Positions 22,144-34,265 of a DNA stretch of 64,000 nt are shown one piece after another (the stretch's first letter is position 1; every line of letters begins with the position of its first letter). The translations under genes and the position numbers were made by a program. Origin of the DNA: Callorhinchus milii (lineage: Eukaryota); NCBI RefSeq assembly GCF_018977255.1, contig NW_024704742.1:9612001-9676000 (forward strand), read 5' to 3'. Below the pieces are notes generated by a model. The model was not told where the DNA came from, ran no database searches, and worked only from the letters and a program-made list of their open reading frames with translations.

Positions 22144-22575
22144 CAACAACAACAAAAATTACATTTGTATAGCGCCTTTCACGTCAGGAGGGTGTCCTAA
22201 GGCACTGGACAGTCAGGGATTTGGACCCGAGCTGGTGGTTGGAATCAGGAAGGGTGGAGAGTAGGGTAGGAGGGTGACTGAAGGCACAAATGAACAGGAG
22301 GGTCTTGAGATAGATCTTGAAGGAGGCAAGGGAGGGGGCAGGGTGGAGGGAGTCCCCGCAGTCCATCAGCCTCACCCCCTCCCTTGCCTCCTTCAAGACC
22401 TATCTCAAGACCCTCCTCTTCATCCAGAGGGTTGGGCTAGAGAGGCTGAAGGCCTGACTGCCAATGGTAGGGCAGGCAAGATGGAGCCCATTGAGCGGAG
22501 GGAGCGGTCAGGTTGATAGGGGGTTAGGAGGTCACAGAGATAGGGAGGAGCAAGGCTGTGGAGGGCTTTTCCGCA
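22144..22575 (-). mobile_element. L2 LINE 3' fragment with an internal inverted duplication
   Basis: (AAC)n tail, KALHSLAPPYLCDLLTPYQP; 43-bp fold-back at 22296-22417. Confidence 0.88.
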
Positions 22576-22764
22576 TATCCACATCACAGGTGGACCACAG
22601 TCTGTGGGTGTTTGAGAACAGACAAAGCCAGCTGGAGCTCCCAGAGAAGAGCGTGAGGAAGATTTGACTGACTCAGCAGGCTGATCAGGGAGAGTTGCAG
22701 AGTCTTTCAATAGTTTATTTATCATTCCTAAAATAACCCAGTTTCTAGGCACCAACAATTTCCA

Positions 22765-23065
22765 TTTATATAGGTCCCTTCATGCAGGACAGCATCTCGG
22801 AGAGTTGGATCACTGGTAGGGTTGAACACCTTACAAGAGAGAGGGGGAGGGGAGGTGACCACAAGCATGGTTGATGATGTAGGTCTTCAGGTGCGATATA
22901 AAGATAGATGAAGAGAGGGTAGGTGGAGGGATTGAAGCAGGGCATTCTAGAGGCATAGTGGCTGAAGGCACGGCTATCATTGGTGGAATGGAGGGGTTGG
23001 GGGACATGTGGTAGCTCTGAGTCAGCTGAGAGAAGAGGGAGAAGAGGGTGGGTAGAGGTGGGTAG
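22765..23065 (-). mobile_element. Second L2 family, 3' fragment
   Basis: Tail CCCTTCATGCAGGACAGCATC shared with 38308-38432; RAFSHYA-type translation. Confidence 0.65.
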
Positions 23066-23381
23066 AACCTGACTGCCTTTCAGACATCCATAGGAGACAT
23101 CCATTGTGTCTTGTATCTTTTAGGGAGTAACTCATGGGCCAAGAAAAAAGGCAGCTCTTTCCATCCATCATAACAGAAATAAATAGAGGTCCTGTCATCT
23201 TTACAATACAGCAGGCATCCCAAAAGTACAGAGAATGATAGACTGCCTTCATGCAGCAATCCTTACACCGTAAATCTACTTTCAAATCCCATCTGAAGCA
23301 TTACTTTTTTAACTGCTTTTGACCATCTCTGCCCCCCATCTGCACACATACACACACTTTGAGCTTGCTCCCTCTACATCT

Positions 23382-23728
23382 GTAGAGTCCTGTGGCTCAG
23401 TGGATAGAGCACTCACCTCACAAGGGAAAGGACCTGGGTTTGATTCCGAGGTGGGGCAAAATGTTGGGTAAGTTTTCTTACTCCACACACCTCTGTTTAC
23501 CTAGCAGTAAGTAGGAACCCTTTTCCAGGGGTAATAATTCCTTAAAAAAANTAATTTGGTCACTCAATCCAAGACTCTTTATGGGACACTGCTGTGCACA
23601 ATTGGCTGTCGCATTTCGCCCACAATATATACAGTCAATTCACTTTATAGTATATTCTGTGAAGAGCTTTGAGACGTCTCAAAGACATGATAAGACACTA
23701 TATCAAATGTAAGAATTATTGTTATTTT
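23382..23728 (+). mobile_element. tRNA-derived SINE, partial internal deletion
   Basis: Head, body and tail; contains the single N of the window (23551). Confidence 0.9.
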
Positions 23729-25174
23729 TACATCTGACAAGAACACAATTTGTATTTATGTAGTGCCCTTCATGCAACATCACAGAGAGCATACCACTAC
23801 ACTAGAAACCCAAACTGGGTTTACTCTGATTAAATTAACACTGAAAGATTGCCATGTTTATGCTATTGACTTGTGTCTCTGGCAATTACATTAAAACTGC
23901 CCAAAAAAATTTCATTAGGATCTCTAGGTCAGAAGGAGGATCCTTCCAGCTCATCTGTCACTTAACCCAGTCTCTGGAGCTGAAAAACAATATACAAGAT
24001 TACTTTCTAAGCAATCCATTTTGAAATGCAGTCAACTAATTTGAGCATCTTTTGACGGGATGAAAACACACTGTTATTTTATCACAGTTTCGTCCCCTCG
24101 CTCAACACAAATGTCCCGGTACACATCAGGTGATAGAGGTTAGAAATGAGGTCCTGGGCTCAGCCTCTGATCGGTGCTGAATTTGATTATGTCACCTGCT
24201 GATGGAGTCGAGGTACTGGAATTGGGTTTGGTGTCACTGCACTGGGGAGCAGAAGAGTTAGCCTCGGATTATCTGCCTGTTCACTGTGCAGCTGAGAGGT
24301 TTGATACTGAAGACTAGGCTGAAATTACTGACTTCATTCAGGGTGCTATTGTCATAGACAACTGATATATAATATATAATATTAACTGAGTGTGTAATGT
24401 ATAATAATAATAAATCTGGCATTTGATATAGTACCTGATCACGTCTTTGAGATGCCTCAAAGCGCTTCACAGAATAAACTGTGTTGAATTGAATGTATAC
24501 TTTGTGGGCAAAACGTGGCAGCCAATTGTGCACAGTATATATATATATACATATATAAATATTATATATTATTTATTATATATTATCTCTTGAGAGATTT
24601 CATTATATATACTGTGTAATATATATACCTGAATATAGACAAGGCTGACATCATCGACTGTATCTATTTAACCCACCAAAGTAAATAGAAACCACATTTA
24701 ACATGAAAATATACTCACAAAGTTATTACGTTTTTCTTCTTTTCTCTTCACTATTTTTTCTCTCTTGAGAGATTTAATTATGAAAAACATTTTCCAATTG
24801 TTGGGCATTTGAGGATAAAGAGAACATGAATTCACAATTGTGACTAGGGGAGTAAGAGAGAGCTTTAGAAGAACTTTGCCTCCCGGAAGATTGTTAGGGT
24901 ATTGAATGAGCTCACTGTTAGAGGAGAGTCATAAAAATCCATTGGATAAGCACAGATGAAAGGTATTTAGCACTTAGATAGAAATATTTGGTTATAAATA
25001 CATAGCCACTACACTTTACAGGAAAATCCTATGAAGTGCTTTGAGATATCCTCTTGCTGTGAAAGCCACTCTATAAAATGTAAGGATTATTATTATCAGA
25101 GGAATGCTAGGAAAGAGAATGGGTTTAGATTAGGATGGTGAAGGCCTCTTGGTGGAAAAAAAAACGAAAGCGAA

Positions 25175-26090
25175 ATACAATACAAAATTACATTTGTATG
25201 GCTCCTTTCACACTGGGAGGACATCCCAAGGTGCTAGACAGTCAGGGATTTGGATCCAAGCTGGGGGTCAGGATCAGTGACAGTGGAGTGCAGGGAGGGT
25301 AGGATGGTGGCCAAAGGTTTGGTCGAAGAGGTGGGTTTTGATACGTGCCTTGAAGGAGGCAAGGTGGGGGAGCGAGGCAAAGAAAATGTAGGCTAGAATT
25401 CCATAGGGTGGGGGCAGAAAGGCTGAAGATCCGGCCACTAATGATGGATCGGGCCAGGCTGGGGACATGGAACAAGCCAGAGCATGCTGAGCGTAGGGAG
25501 CGGACAGGTTCATATGGTGTCAACAGGTTGCAGAGGTAGGGAGGGCCTTGAAGGCAAAGACGAGGATTTTAAACTCTATCCTCTGAGGGATGGGGAGCCA
25601 GTTGAGCAGGTGAGGGATGAGGTGATGGGGTCACAGAGCCTGGTGCAGGAGAGGACACGAACTGCAGAGTTCTGGATGATCTGCAGCTTGTGGAGTGAAG
25701 AGTTGGGAAGGCCGACAAGCAGGGAGTTTCCGTAGTCAAGCCTAGATCAGTGCCTTCGGACATCCTCCTGATGTGAAAGACGCTTTACAAATTAAATTTT
25801 GTTGTTGTTGTAGATGCAATGAATGTGTAGATGAGGGTTTTGGTGGCCTGCGGGATGAGGCAGTGGCAGAGTCGGGCAATGTTGCAGAGGTGGGGGAAGG
25901 CAGAGCGGATCATGGCACAGATGTGGGGTAGAAAGGACAGTTGAGGGTTAAACAAGACGCCAAGGTTCTGGACTGGCTCAGTGAAGTAGAGTGTGCATCA
26001 ATGGATGGTGATGCTTTCATTGCCTAAGGTGTGCAGGCGCTGACAGGAACCAATAAGGAGGGCCTCGGTCTTGTTGACGTTCAACTGTAG
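25175..26090 (-). mobile_element. L2 LINE 3' ~900 nt
   Basis: [26 protein letters not shown] and LASFKARIKTHLF translations; tail at 25175. Confidence 0.9.
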
Positions 26091-26612
26091 AATAGAACAG
26101 TTGTACATTTCTGTGGTTCCTCCATTGATAGTTGAGCTTTCAGCCTATCTGCTTCCATTCTCTGGAACTCCATCTCAAAATCCTTTGAACAGTTCTCTCC
26201 CTCAACTCTTTCAAGGTCCATCTCAACACCTACCTATTTGACCGCACTTTCAGTCATCTATCCCCTCCCATCCCACTCGGCTCCCACGCTCCGCATGGGT
26301 ACCAAACTAGGATTGTTAATCACGTCAGGATGTCCTCCCAATATGAAAGCTGCAAAATAAACGTAAATTTGTTTTGTATTTAAATTTACCCTTTCTAACT
26401 TATTAGTCAACCTGTGGAATAGGCTCCCCAGGGAGATGGTTGAAGCAGGATGTAACGATTCTTTCAAACACAGATTAAACAGTTTTCTTTTAGGAAATAA
26501 CATTATGGGATATAGTACATAGATAGTTCTGGACATATGTGCATACGATCGCCAGGAAGGTGGCAGGCGAACTTGATGGATCTTGGTTTTCGTCTGGCAT
26601 TTCTTATGTACT

Positions 26613-27485
26613 TATCCAGGACATCAAGTCCTGGATGAGAGCTAACTTTCTTCAGTTGAACGTCAATAAGCCCGAGGCTCTACTGATTGGCATCCATCAG
26701 CATCTCCTCACCTCAGGCGCTGACAGGATCACCATCCGTGGTTGCACACTCCACCTTGCTTAGCCAGTCCGGAACCTTGGCATCTAGTTTAACCCTCAAC
26801 TATCCTTTCTACCCACATCTGTGCCATGACCCGCTCTGCCTTCCCTCACCGCCACAATATCGCCCGACTCCGCCACTGTCTCACACCACAGGCTGCCGAA
26901 ACCCTCATACATGCTTTCATTAGATCGAGTCTAGACTATGCAAACTCACTGCTTTTCGGCTTCCCCAACTCCTTCCCTCCATAGGCTGCAGATCATCCAG
27001 AACTCTGCAGCCTTCATCCTCTCCTGCCCTAGGCTCCGTGACCCTATCACCCCATCCTCACCCGACTCCACTGGCTTCCCATCACACAGAGGATACAGTT
27101 CAAGATCCTGGTCCTCACATTCAAAACCCTGCATGCCCTTGCTGCCCCCTACATCTTCGACCTCCTAATCCCCTACCATCCTGCTCGTTCCCTCCGGTCA
27201 GCTAGGCTCTGGGCTGCTTCACGTCTCCTGCCTCACTCGCCCCACTATTGGTGGGCGGGCCTTCTGCCACTCTACCCCCCACCCTCTGGAACTCCATCCT
27301 ACAGTCCCTCCATCTTGCCCCCTCCCTTACCTCCTTCAAGATCCATCTCAAGACCCTCCTCTTTGACCGTGCTTTCAATCTCTCTGCTTCCCCCACTGCC
27401 CCCCACCCTCCTGACGCTGACCCCCACCTCGGGTCAGAAACTCCAATGTGAAAGGTGCTATACTAATATGATTTTGTTGTTGTTC
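26613..27485 (+). mobile_element. L2 LINE 3' ~870 nt
   Basis: [55 protein letters not shown] tail. Confidence 0.92.
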
Positions 27486-28524
27486 TTATATTCTTAAGAT
27501 GCATGAATGGCACCCTATAAGTGCATATAAGGCATCATATCAGGTTGCTGTCTCTTGCAATCCTTGCATTTCATTATGTCTCTAACCCTGCAACTCCAAT
27601 TTAAGTTTAATAATCAGTGTACCAATATATCTCCACATTATCCCCCCCACCCCCACCACACAAACACACAAAACATAAGCTTAATTTTTTCACTCTTGCT
27701 CACGCATTTTGATAAATCTTCCTGCATCCTCTCTCAGTGCCTGTTTGAAGACAACATTGAGCTGTTACCTATTGTGGCAAATTGAATGCACTTCGGCAAT
27801 ATAAGTTTTAATATAAATATAAAATATAAGACAATATATCTTTCATAGCAAATCTGCAGAAACACTGTTTCAGTGAGCAGTAGTAAATGTATGGAACAGG
27901 TTCCCTACGGAGACAGTGGAAGCAGAAATTGTTGATTCTTTCAAAAGCAAATTAGATAGATAGCTTTTAGGAAATAATATTGTGGGATACATTATATAGT
28001 TTGGGACATGACATGTGCATGCGACTGACAGAATGGTGGAAGTCAAACTGGATGGACCTTGGTCTTCTTTTGTCTAGCAATTCTCATGTTCTTATGCTAC
28101 GTCCTTATATGCATTTATAATGGGAAATTGTGATGATCACATCACAAATGTTTAATACTTTACCATTGTTATTGGATACTGAATACTGGTGTATCCTACA
28201 TCTTACATTTTGCTAAATTATTATTAATAATCATCATCCTTACATTTGGTATGGTGCCTTTCGTGTCAGGAATACGTCCCAAAGACAGGGCCTCAGTTTA
28301 ATGTCTCATGTGAAGAATGGCATCCACAACAATGCAGCATTCCCTTAACACTACATTGGAGTGTCAGCTTACACTATATGAGTTCCAAGTCCCAACATGG
28401 GACTTCAACCCACAATCTAAACTGCCATTCCTTAAACTAACTATTGTTTTTTCCTGATCCATTCGAATGTTATCAGTCTTCCCCAGCATTGCTTATCTGC
28501 CCATGCAGCTTGGTGTCACCCCTC

Positions 28525-28820
28525 GTGGAGTCCTGTAGCTCAGTGGTTAGAGCACTCGCCTCGCAAACAAGAGGACCTGGGTTCGATTCCCAGCAGGGTG
28601 AAATGTTGGGTAAGTTTCCTTGCTCCGCATGCCTCTGTTTAGCTAGCAGTAGGTAAGAACCCAGTTGTTAGTTGATTGACGGATTGCTTTTCCGGAGATA
28701 ATAATTCCATCAAAAAAAATTGGTCACTTCAATCCACGACTGTTTGTGGACACTGCTGTGTACAGCTCATTGCCACCTTTCACCCACAACATCTCTCAAA
28801 TGCAAGGTTTGTTATTATTT
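28525..28820 (+). mobile_element. tRNA-derived SINE, long form with a 3' deletion
   Basis: Intact head and B box GGTTCGATTCCC. Confidence 0.9.
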
Positions 28821-30539
28821 ACCAATAATGGAGGCAACATGCATCTACAGAACTCCACTTTTAGCTGTTCCTTAAGAGTATTTCATCATTGACTGCTTTA
28901 AACTGTTAAATTGTCTGTCGAATTGTGAATATATCATTCATTCCATGAACCTCTTTCTTTCTGGCAACCCTCTGGTTAAAGAAAATGTTCAAAATAGTTC
29001 TGAAAATTCTATTAGGTTCTTGCCAGCAGATATTGGTCATCAATTAATTTCGATGCCTAAGTTATATAGGTTAATAAAATAACAGATAATATCAATTAAC
29101 CCCATTTCCCCTGCAAAATGCAGTCATTTACACTTTACAGTAAATCTTGGGAAGCACTTGGAGACATCCTCCTGATATGAAAAGTGCTACATCAAATGCA
29201 AGGATTTTTATTAGTAGTAGTGACTTTCTCATGTGATTGCAAATATTAATCAGCAACCTTACATTTGATATAGTGCCTTTCATTCCAGGAGTATGTCCAT
29301 AAGCGATTCCAGGAAGTACTGTAATGTGCAGTGACTGAACGTTTTGTGGGCGAATGCGGTCATCAATTTGTGTACAACAATGTCTCACAAGCAGCCATGA
29401 CCAATTGACCAATTTTATTTGGGGGATTGTCATTCAGGACATCAGGAGAAACTCCCTTCTCTTTTCAAATAGTGTCATGGGATCTTTAACAACCAAATGA
29501 ACCTGCAAACGGGTCCTCAGTTTAACATCTCATCAGAAGGTTGGGAGATATCCAAGCCATACTTTATTCCTTCTAAATCCATGCTAATATTTCTTTGTGG
29601 TCTCAGTGAATTGATAGTTCCCCATAAAATGCTCTCAGGTTATCTTTATTCAAGTGTTGGAATTATTTTAGCAATTCTCCAGGGCTCAATCATTTCCTCT
29701 TAGATTCTGATGTTGCTTCCTGCTTTGTGATCCCCATTTTGGATCCAATGGGCTTTTCTCAGGAATGTATAACGCAAAGAGACACGGTCTGCAAAGCATA
29801 TGTTCTGTAGAAAATCAAGTAATCAAACGTCTGAGAGGTGCCTGGATTAGACAGGATACAGCTCAGAATCCTCAAGGAAATGCGAGAGGGAAGAAGCGAG
29901 GTTAATGTGTTCAGCAGATCCAAAACCAATGGAGCTGCACCACCCCACTGGTGAATTGATGTGGTTAGCGCAAAGCTAACCTAAGCTGAAGGTGTACAGT
30001 CTTGATCTCACTGACCAATTCACATTCTCATCTGCGTCTGCTGACAATTTGTTAACTGAGGTTTTCTGGTTAGAATCATTTCAATTATTGGGCTTCATGC
30101 AGGGTACTGTCCCAGACTGCTTATGTATATATATATATACATATATATGTTTAAGATCCTTGTGAAGGGTGCTAAATAAATGCAGATTGTTTTATTGTTA
30201 TGTTTTATTGTCAAGCGCTCTGGGACACTACCCTGGGTGAAGGGCACTATATAATGGCAAGTTCTTGTTGTTCTTGTTGTTCTTGTTGTTGAAATCATTA
30301 CAGACTTCCAGTTTTACAACCTCAATGAGGTTACGATTTGAACAAGGCTCTCCATTTGGACTTTTGCCCTCACACCATCTCATAGCTGATTTCACAGCCT
30401 CTCTCTGACTATGTTGAGTATCTCAGGATCTCCTCTCTATAGCTCCATCACAACTTACTGTCAACATTGGTGGAGGTGGGGAGGTCTTATATGTTATCTT
30501 TGATCCCTGTAACTTATTCTAAGTGAGGTTGTAACGTTG

Positions 30540-30995
30540 TCCCTATCACCCCCACCCATTCCCCAGAGGATAGAGTTCAAAATCCTCGTCCTCACCTTCA
30601 AAGCCCTCCACAGCTTTGCTCCTTTCTATCTCTGTGACCTGCTGACCCCATATCAATCTGTCCGCTCTCTCTGTACAGCAGGCTCTGACCTGCTCCACGT
30701 CCCCCTCCCGGCCTACCCCACCATCGGTGGTTGGAATTCAGCCTCTTTGCCCCCACTCTTTGGAACTCCATCCCATAGTCCCTTTGCCTCACTCCCTCCC
30801 TTGCCTCTTTCAAGGCACGGCTTAAGAAACTCCTCTTTCACCGCATCTTCAGGCATCCTCCTACCCCTACCTTCCCTATCCTCCACCATCCCTGATCCCA
30901 ATTTCACCCTTGCTTGGGTCCATATACCTGACTGTCCAGTGCCTTGGGACATCCTCCTGTTGTGAAAGGTGCTAGACAAATATAATTTTGTATTA
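30540..30995 (+). mobile_element. L2 LINE 3' fragment
   Basis: [30 protein letters not shown]; tail stem-loop near 30940-30975. Confidence 0.9.
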
Positions 30996-31964
30996 TCTCT
31001 GGGCTCTCTGGTCTATTCTTCCTTTGATATCTCTCTTCTAATCAAGTAGCAATTCCTGCAGCCTGTTTTTTTTAGTCATCAATATAGATTTATATCTTAT
31101 TTTTATAGGTAATTTATGGCTATTAACCACTGGTTTTATAAGATTCCAGGCTCAGGACTGAGCCTGTGTCTTATTTGGGTGTTGTAAAGTTTATACTTTA
31201 CTCATAAATGAAAAATATATATATATATTTTTAAAGAGATCATTTAAGAGTTAGAGTTCCACCGATCATGAGATTGACATTTATTTGTGTCTAGAGAGTC
31301 AAACACAGCTGCAATCTACTTTATGTGATGAGAAACACAAATTCACCGTTAATTTTTAGAACCATATCTTGCTTAAAAATGGTAATAGTTAAATGCACTT
31401 AAATAATTACTAATAATCCTTTCTTTTGATATAATACCTATTATGCGAGGAAGATATCTCAAAATGCTTCACAGGATAGACTGGAAAGCAATAATAACCA
31501 AGCTTTTTGGTCGGCCAACAAAATAATTTAAATGGAAACACACTAATGATTGAACACGGACTTACCTACATTAGTGCGATTTTTGGGGAGAATAGGGGGT
31601 GGTGGGGGCTGGCACTTCTCGATGACCCTGCGGGCCATGAACTGTAAAGTGCAGTAACTGTTTATTTTGTAGATGAATTACACTCTTCAGGGGCCCAGAC
31701 AACACCAGAACCCCACATTCATAATATTCTACACTACACTCAACAGTGAATCCTGTGAAAAGTTTTAAAATATTTCAAGAGGTGATGAGGCTCTGTATCA
31801 AGTGCAAGGATTATTATTATTATTATTAATATTAATATTATACAAATTAAGTGAGAGACCAGCAAAATAAGAGTCCTATCATTCCATAAATACATCACTA
31901 CATTTAAAGAATACAATAATTAGGGATTGAACTATGATACTATGAAATGATAGTGCTAAGCTAT

Positions 31965-32180
31965 AGAATCATAGTATTATTCAGCACAGAAGGAGGCCAT
32001 TCGGCTCATTGCGCCCGTGCCAGCTCTTTGGAAGACCTATCCATATCAATCTCACTCCCCATTCTTTCCCCATAGACTTGCAGATTTGTCCTCCCCAAAT
32101 ATCTATCCACTTCTCTCTTGTTGTTATTGAATCTGCTTTCACCACTCTTTCAGGCAGTGCATTCCAGATCCGAACAACCA
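31965..32180 (-). mobile_element. CR1 LINE 3' end
   Basis: VVRIWNALPERVVKADSITT; same family as 38433-39201 and 49555-50695. Confidence 0.88.
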
Positions 32181-32199
32181 CTAAGATCCACTCAATACA

Positions 32200-33163
32200 T
32201 ATTCCAACAGCGGGATCTCCTTGGAGCTGAACTGGCAATAGAATGTCAGAATCGAGCTGAAAATCTGTAATGATCTCTAGTCCGGTTCCTGAGCCAGGTT
32301 GTCCGCAGTATTCCAGGGCACTGCTGATGACAGCCAAGCCCAGACTCGCTCATCGGCAGGACCTGGAAGGGCAGATCATCCCGTCATCCCACTCAGCTCC
32401 TGCTAAGCTTGCAAGCCAAAGCTCCAACTGGTAGGATGGTCCCAGCTGGACAAGCAGTGAGAAAGCTTGCCAGACAGCAAAATCAGTGGCAAGCTATGCG
32501 ATTTTTGTTGGTTAGACTCCAGCAATTACCCCAACATACACTCTGGGGTCCCCAAGCCTTGGCTCTTCCGGTCCCTGACCAGGACTGCTTTCTTCCACCT
32601 CCACCACTTTGCCAGCCTCTGACTGGACCTTACTCCAAATGCAGCCGAAACCCTTGTGCATGTGTTTGGATTACTCCAACGCACTCCTCGCTGATCTCCC
32701 CAACTGCACAATTCACACGATCCAGCTCATTCAAAACTCTGCTGCCCGCATATTGACCCGGACTAAACTCCGTACCCACATATCACCAGTTCTGGCACAG
32801 GCTCCACTGGCTCCCCATCATCAAACGGATCAACTTCAAGATCCTCACACTCGTGTTCAGATCCATTCACTCTCTGGCACCTCCCTACCTCTCCGACCTC
32901 CTCACCCCCCAATCCACCACCCAGCGCCTCCGCTCAACTGGCACTGGCCTCATGCTCATCCCTCACACCCTCTGCTCCACCATTGGAGGTGAATTGGGTA
33001 AGCAAGATGTGTCCCTCCAGGGGGAGGGTATGCATTCCATTCTGACAATCTATCTCTGGGATTACCATAAGTAGGTGGGATGCATGGATATCTCAGCTTG
33101 GTTTGGATATCTTAAGTATGGTGATGGGTTTCCACTGTGTCAGACACCCAGCTGACCAAATAA
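32200..33163 (-). repeat. Unclassified ancient repeat, longest copy, interrupted by an L2 ORF2 fragment (+, 32570-32990)
   Basis: Collinear with 51950-52706; the insert translates as IQLIQNSAARILTRTKLRTHISPVLA. Confidence 0.75.
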
Positions 33164-33835
33164 ATGTATTATATATATATTTATATATTCCAACAACTGC
33201 CTCAAGATGGGTATAGGCTAGAGTGTAGGGTTTCCACCTGCCGTTTAGCCGTACCCGCAGGTATCAGTGAAGTGAGAGTTTTGGGAGATCAGAAAAGCAA
33301 GAAAAAAAATGAGAGAATAACACTTCCTATAAAATCTACTGAACAGAACATCCAAATAGAATCATATATCAAAAATGAAGTGCTGCACATTTGTAATGAT
33401 TTCTAATCTCAATATCTGGTGATAGAATTAATCCGAGAGTTTGCTGCCTGAAACCTACATCAAGGGGCTATCAGCAAAAGGTGTTTGCCAGACAAACGTC
33501 GTTAGGCAAATGTAGCATGACACATTTCAAATTGAGATGAGAGTTTCTCTTCATTTACTGGCTGACAACGCTGCAAAGTAAATTGGTCATTTACTTCCTA
33601 GCTATTTGTGACATATTGCTGTGTGCAAACTGAAAGCTGGGAGCACCTATCAGTACAGAGTCTTACACATGTAAGATTAATTACTGTAAAGCTCTTTGAA
33701 ATGTTTTCATGTTATTAAATACAAATATTATTACTGTTCATGAGGGAATAATACACGTGGTATTATTCTCCTCTTTGGCTGCCTCTCACCCTTACAATGT
33801 AATGAACAAGAGTAACTTAGTGGTGAGAGTGGTTT

Positions 33836-34265
33836 GTGGAGTCTTGTAAGTCAGTGGTTAGATCACTCTCCTCGCAAGCGAGAGGACCTGGATTTGATTC
33901 CTGGCAGGGCGAAACATTGGACAAGTTTCCTTACTCCACACTCCTGTTTACCTAGCAGTAAGAGGGTACCCAGTTGTTAGAAAAATGACGGGTCACTTTT
34001 CCTGGGCTGTCCCAAGAATCCCTTTAAAAAGTGTTTTTAAAAATAAATTAAAAATACTAATATAATAATAATATTTAATATTTAATAATAATAACACTCA
34101 ATCCACGACTGTTTGTGGAAAACTGCTGTACGCAATTGGCTGCCGCATTTTGCCCATAAAATACAATCAAATCGCTTTACAGTATATACAGTATATTTTG
34201 TGAAGCATTTTGAGACGTCTCGAAGACATGAAAAGCCGCAATATTAAATGTTATAGATTATTATA
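33836..34265 (+). mobile_element. tRNA-derived SINE, long form with an expanded AT linker
   Basis: Head, body and tail. Confidence 0.88.

Noticed and set aside
23551..23551. Single N
   Set aside because: Ambiguous base in a SINE A-run; assembly artefact
24536..24630. AT-only low-complexity tract
   Set aside because: Degenerate (TA)n microsatellite
29900..30056. Nested short helices (TCAGCAGA/TCTGCTGA, GTGAATTG/CAATTCAC, GGTTAGC/GCTAACC) suggesting a structured RNA
   Set aside because: Helices of 7-8 bp are expected by chance somewhere in 64 kb; no ncRNA family motif or promoter; would need covariation evidence
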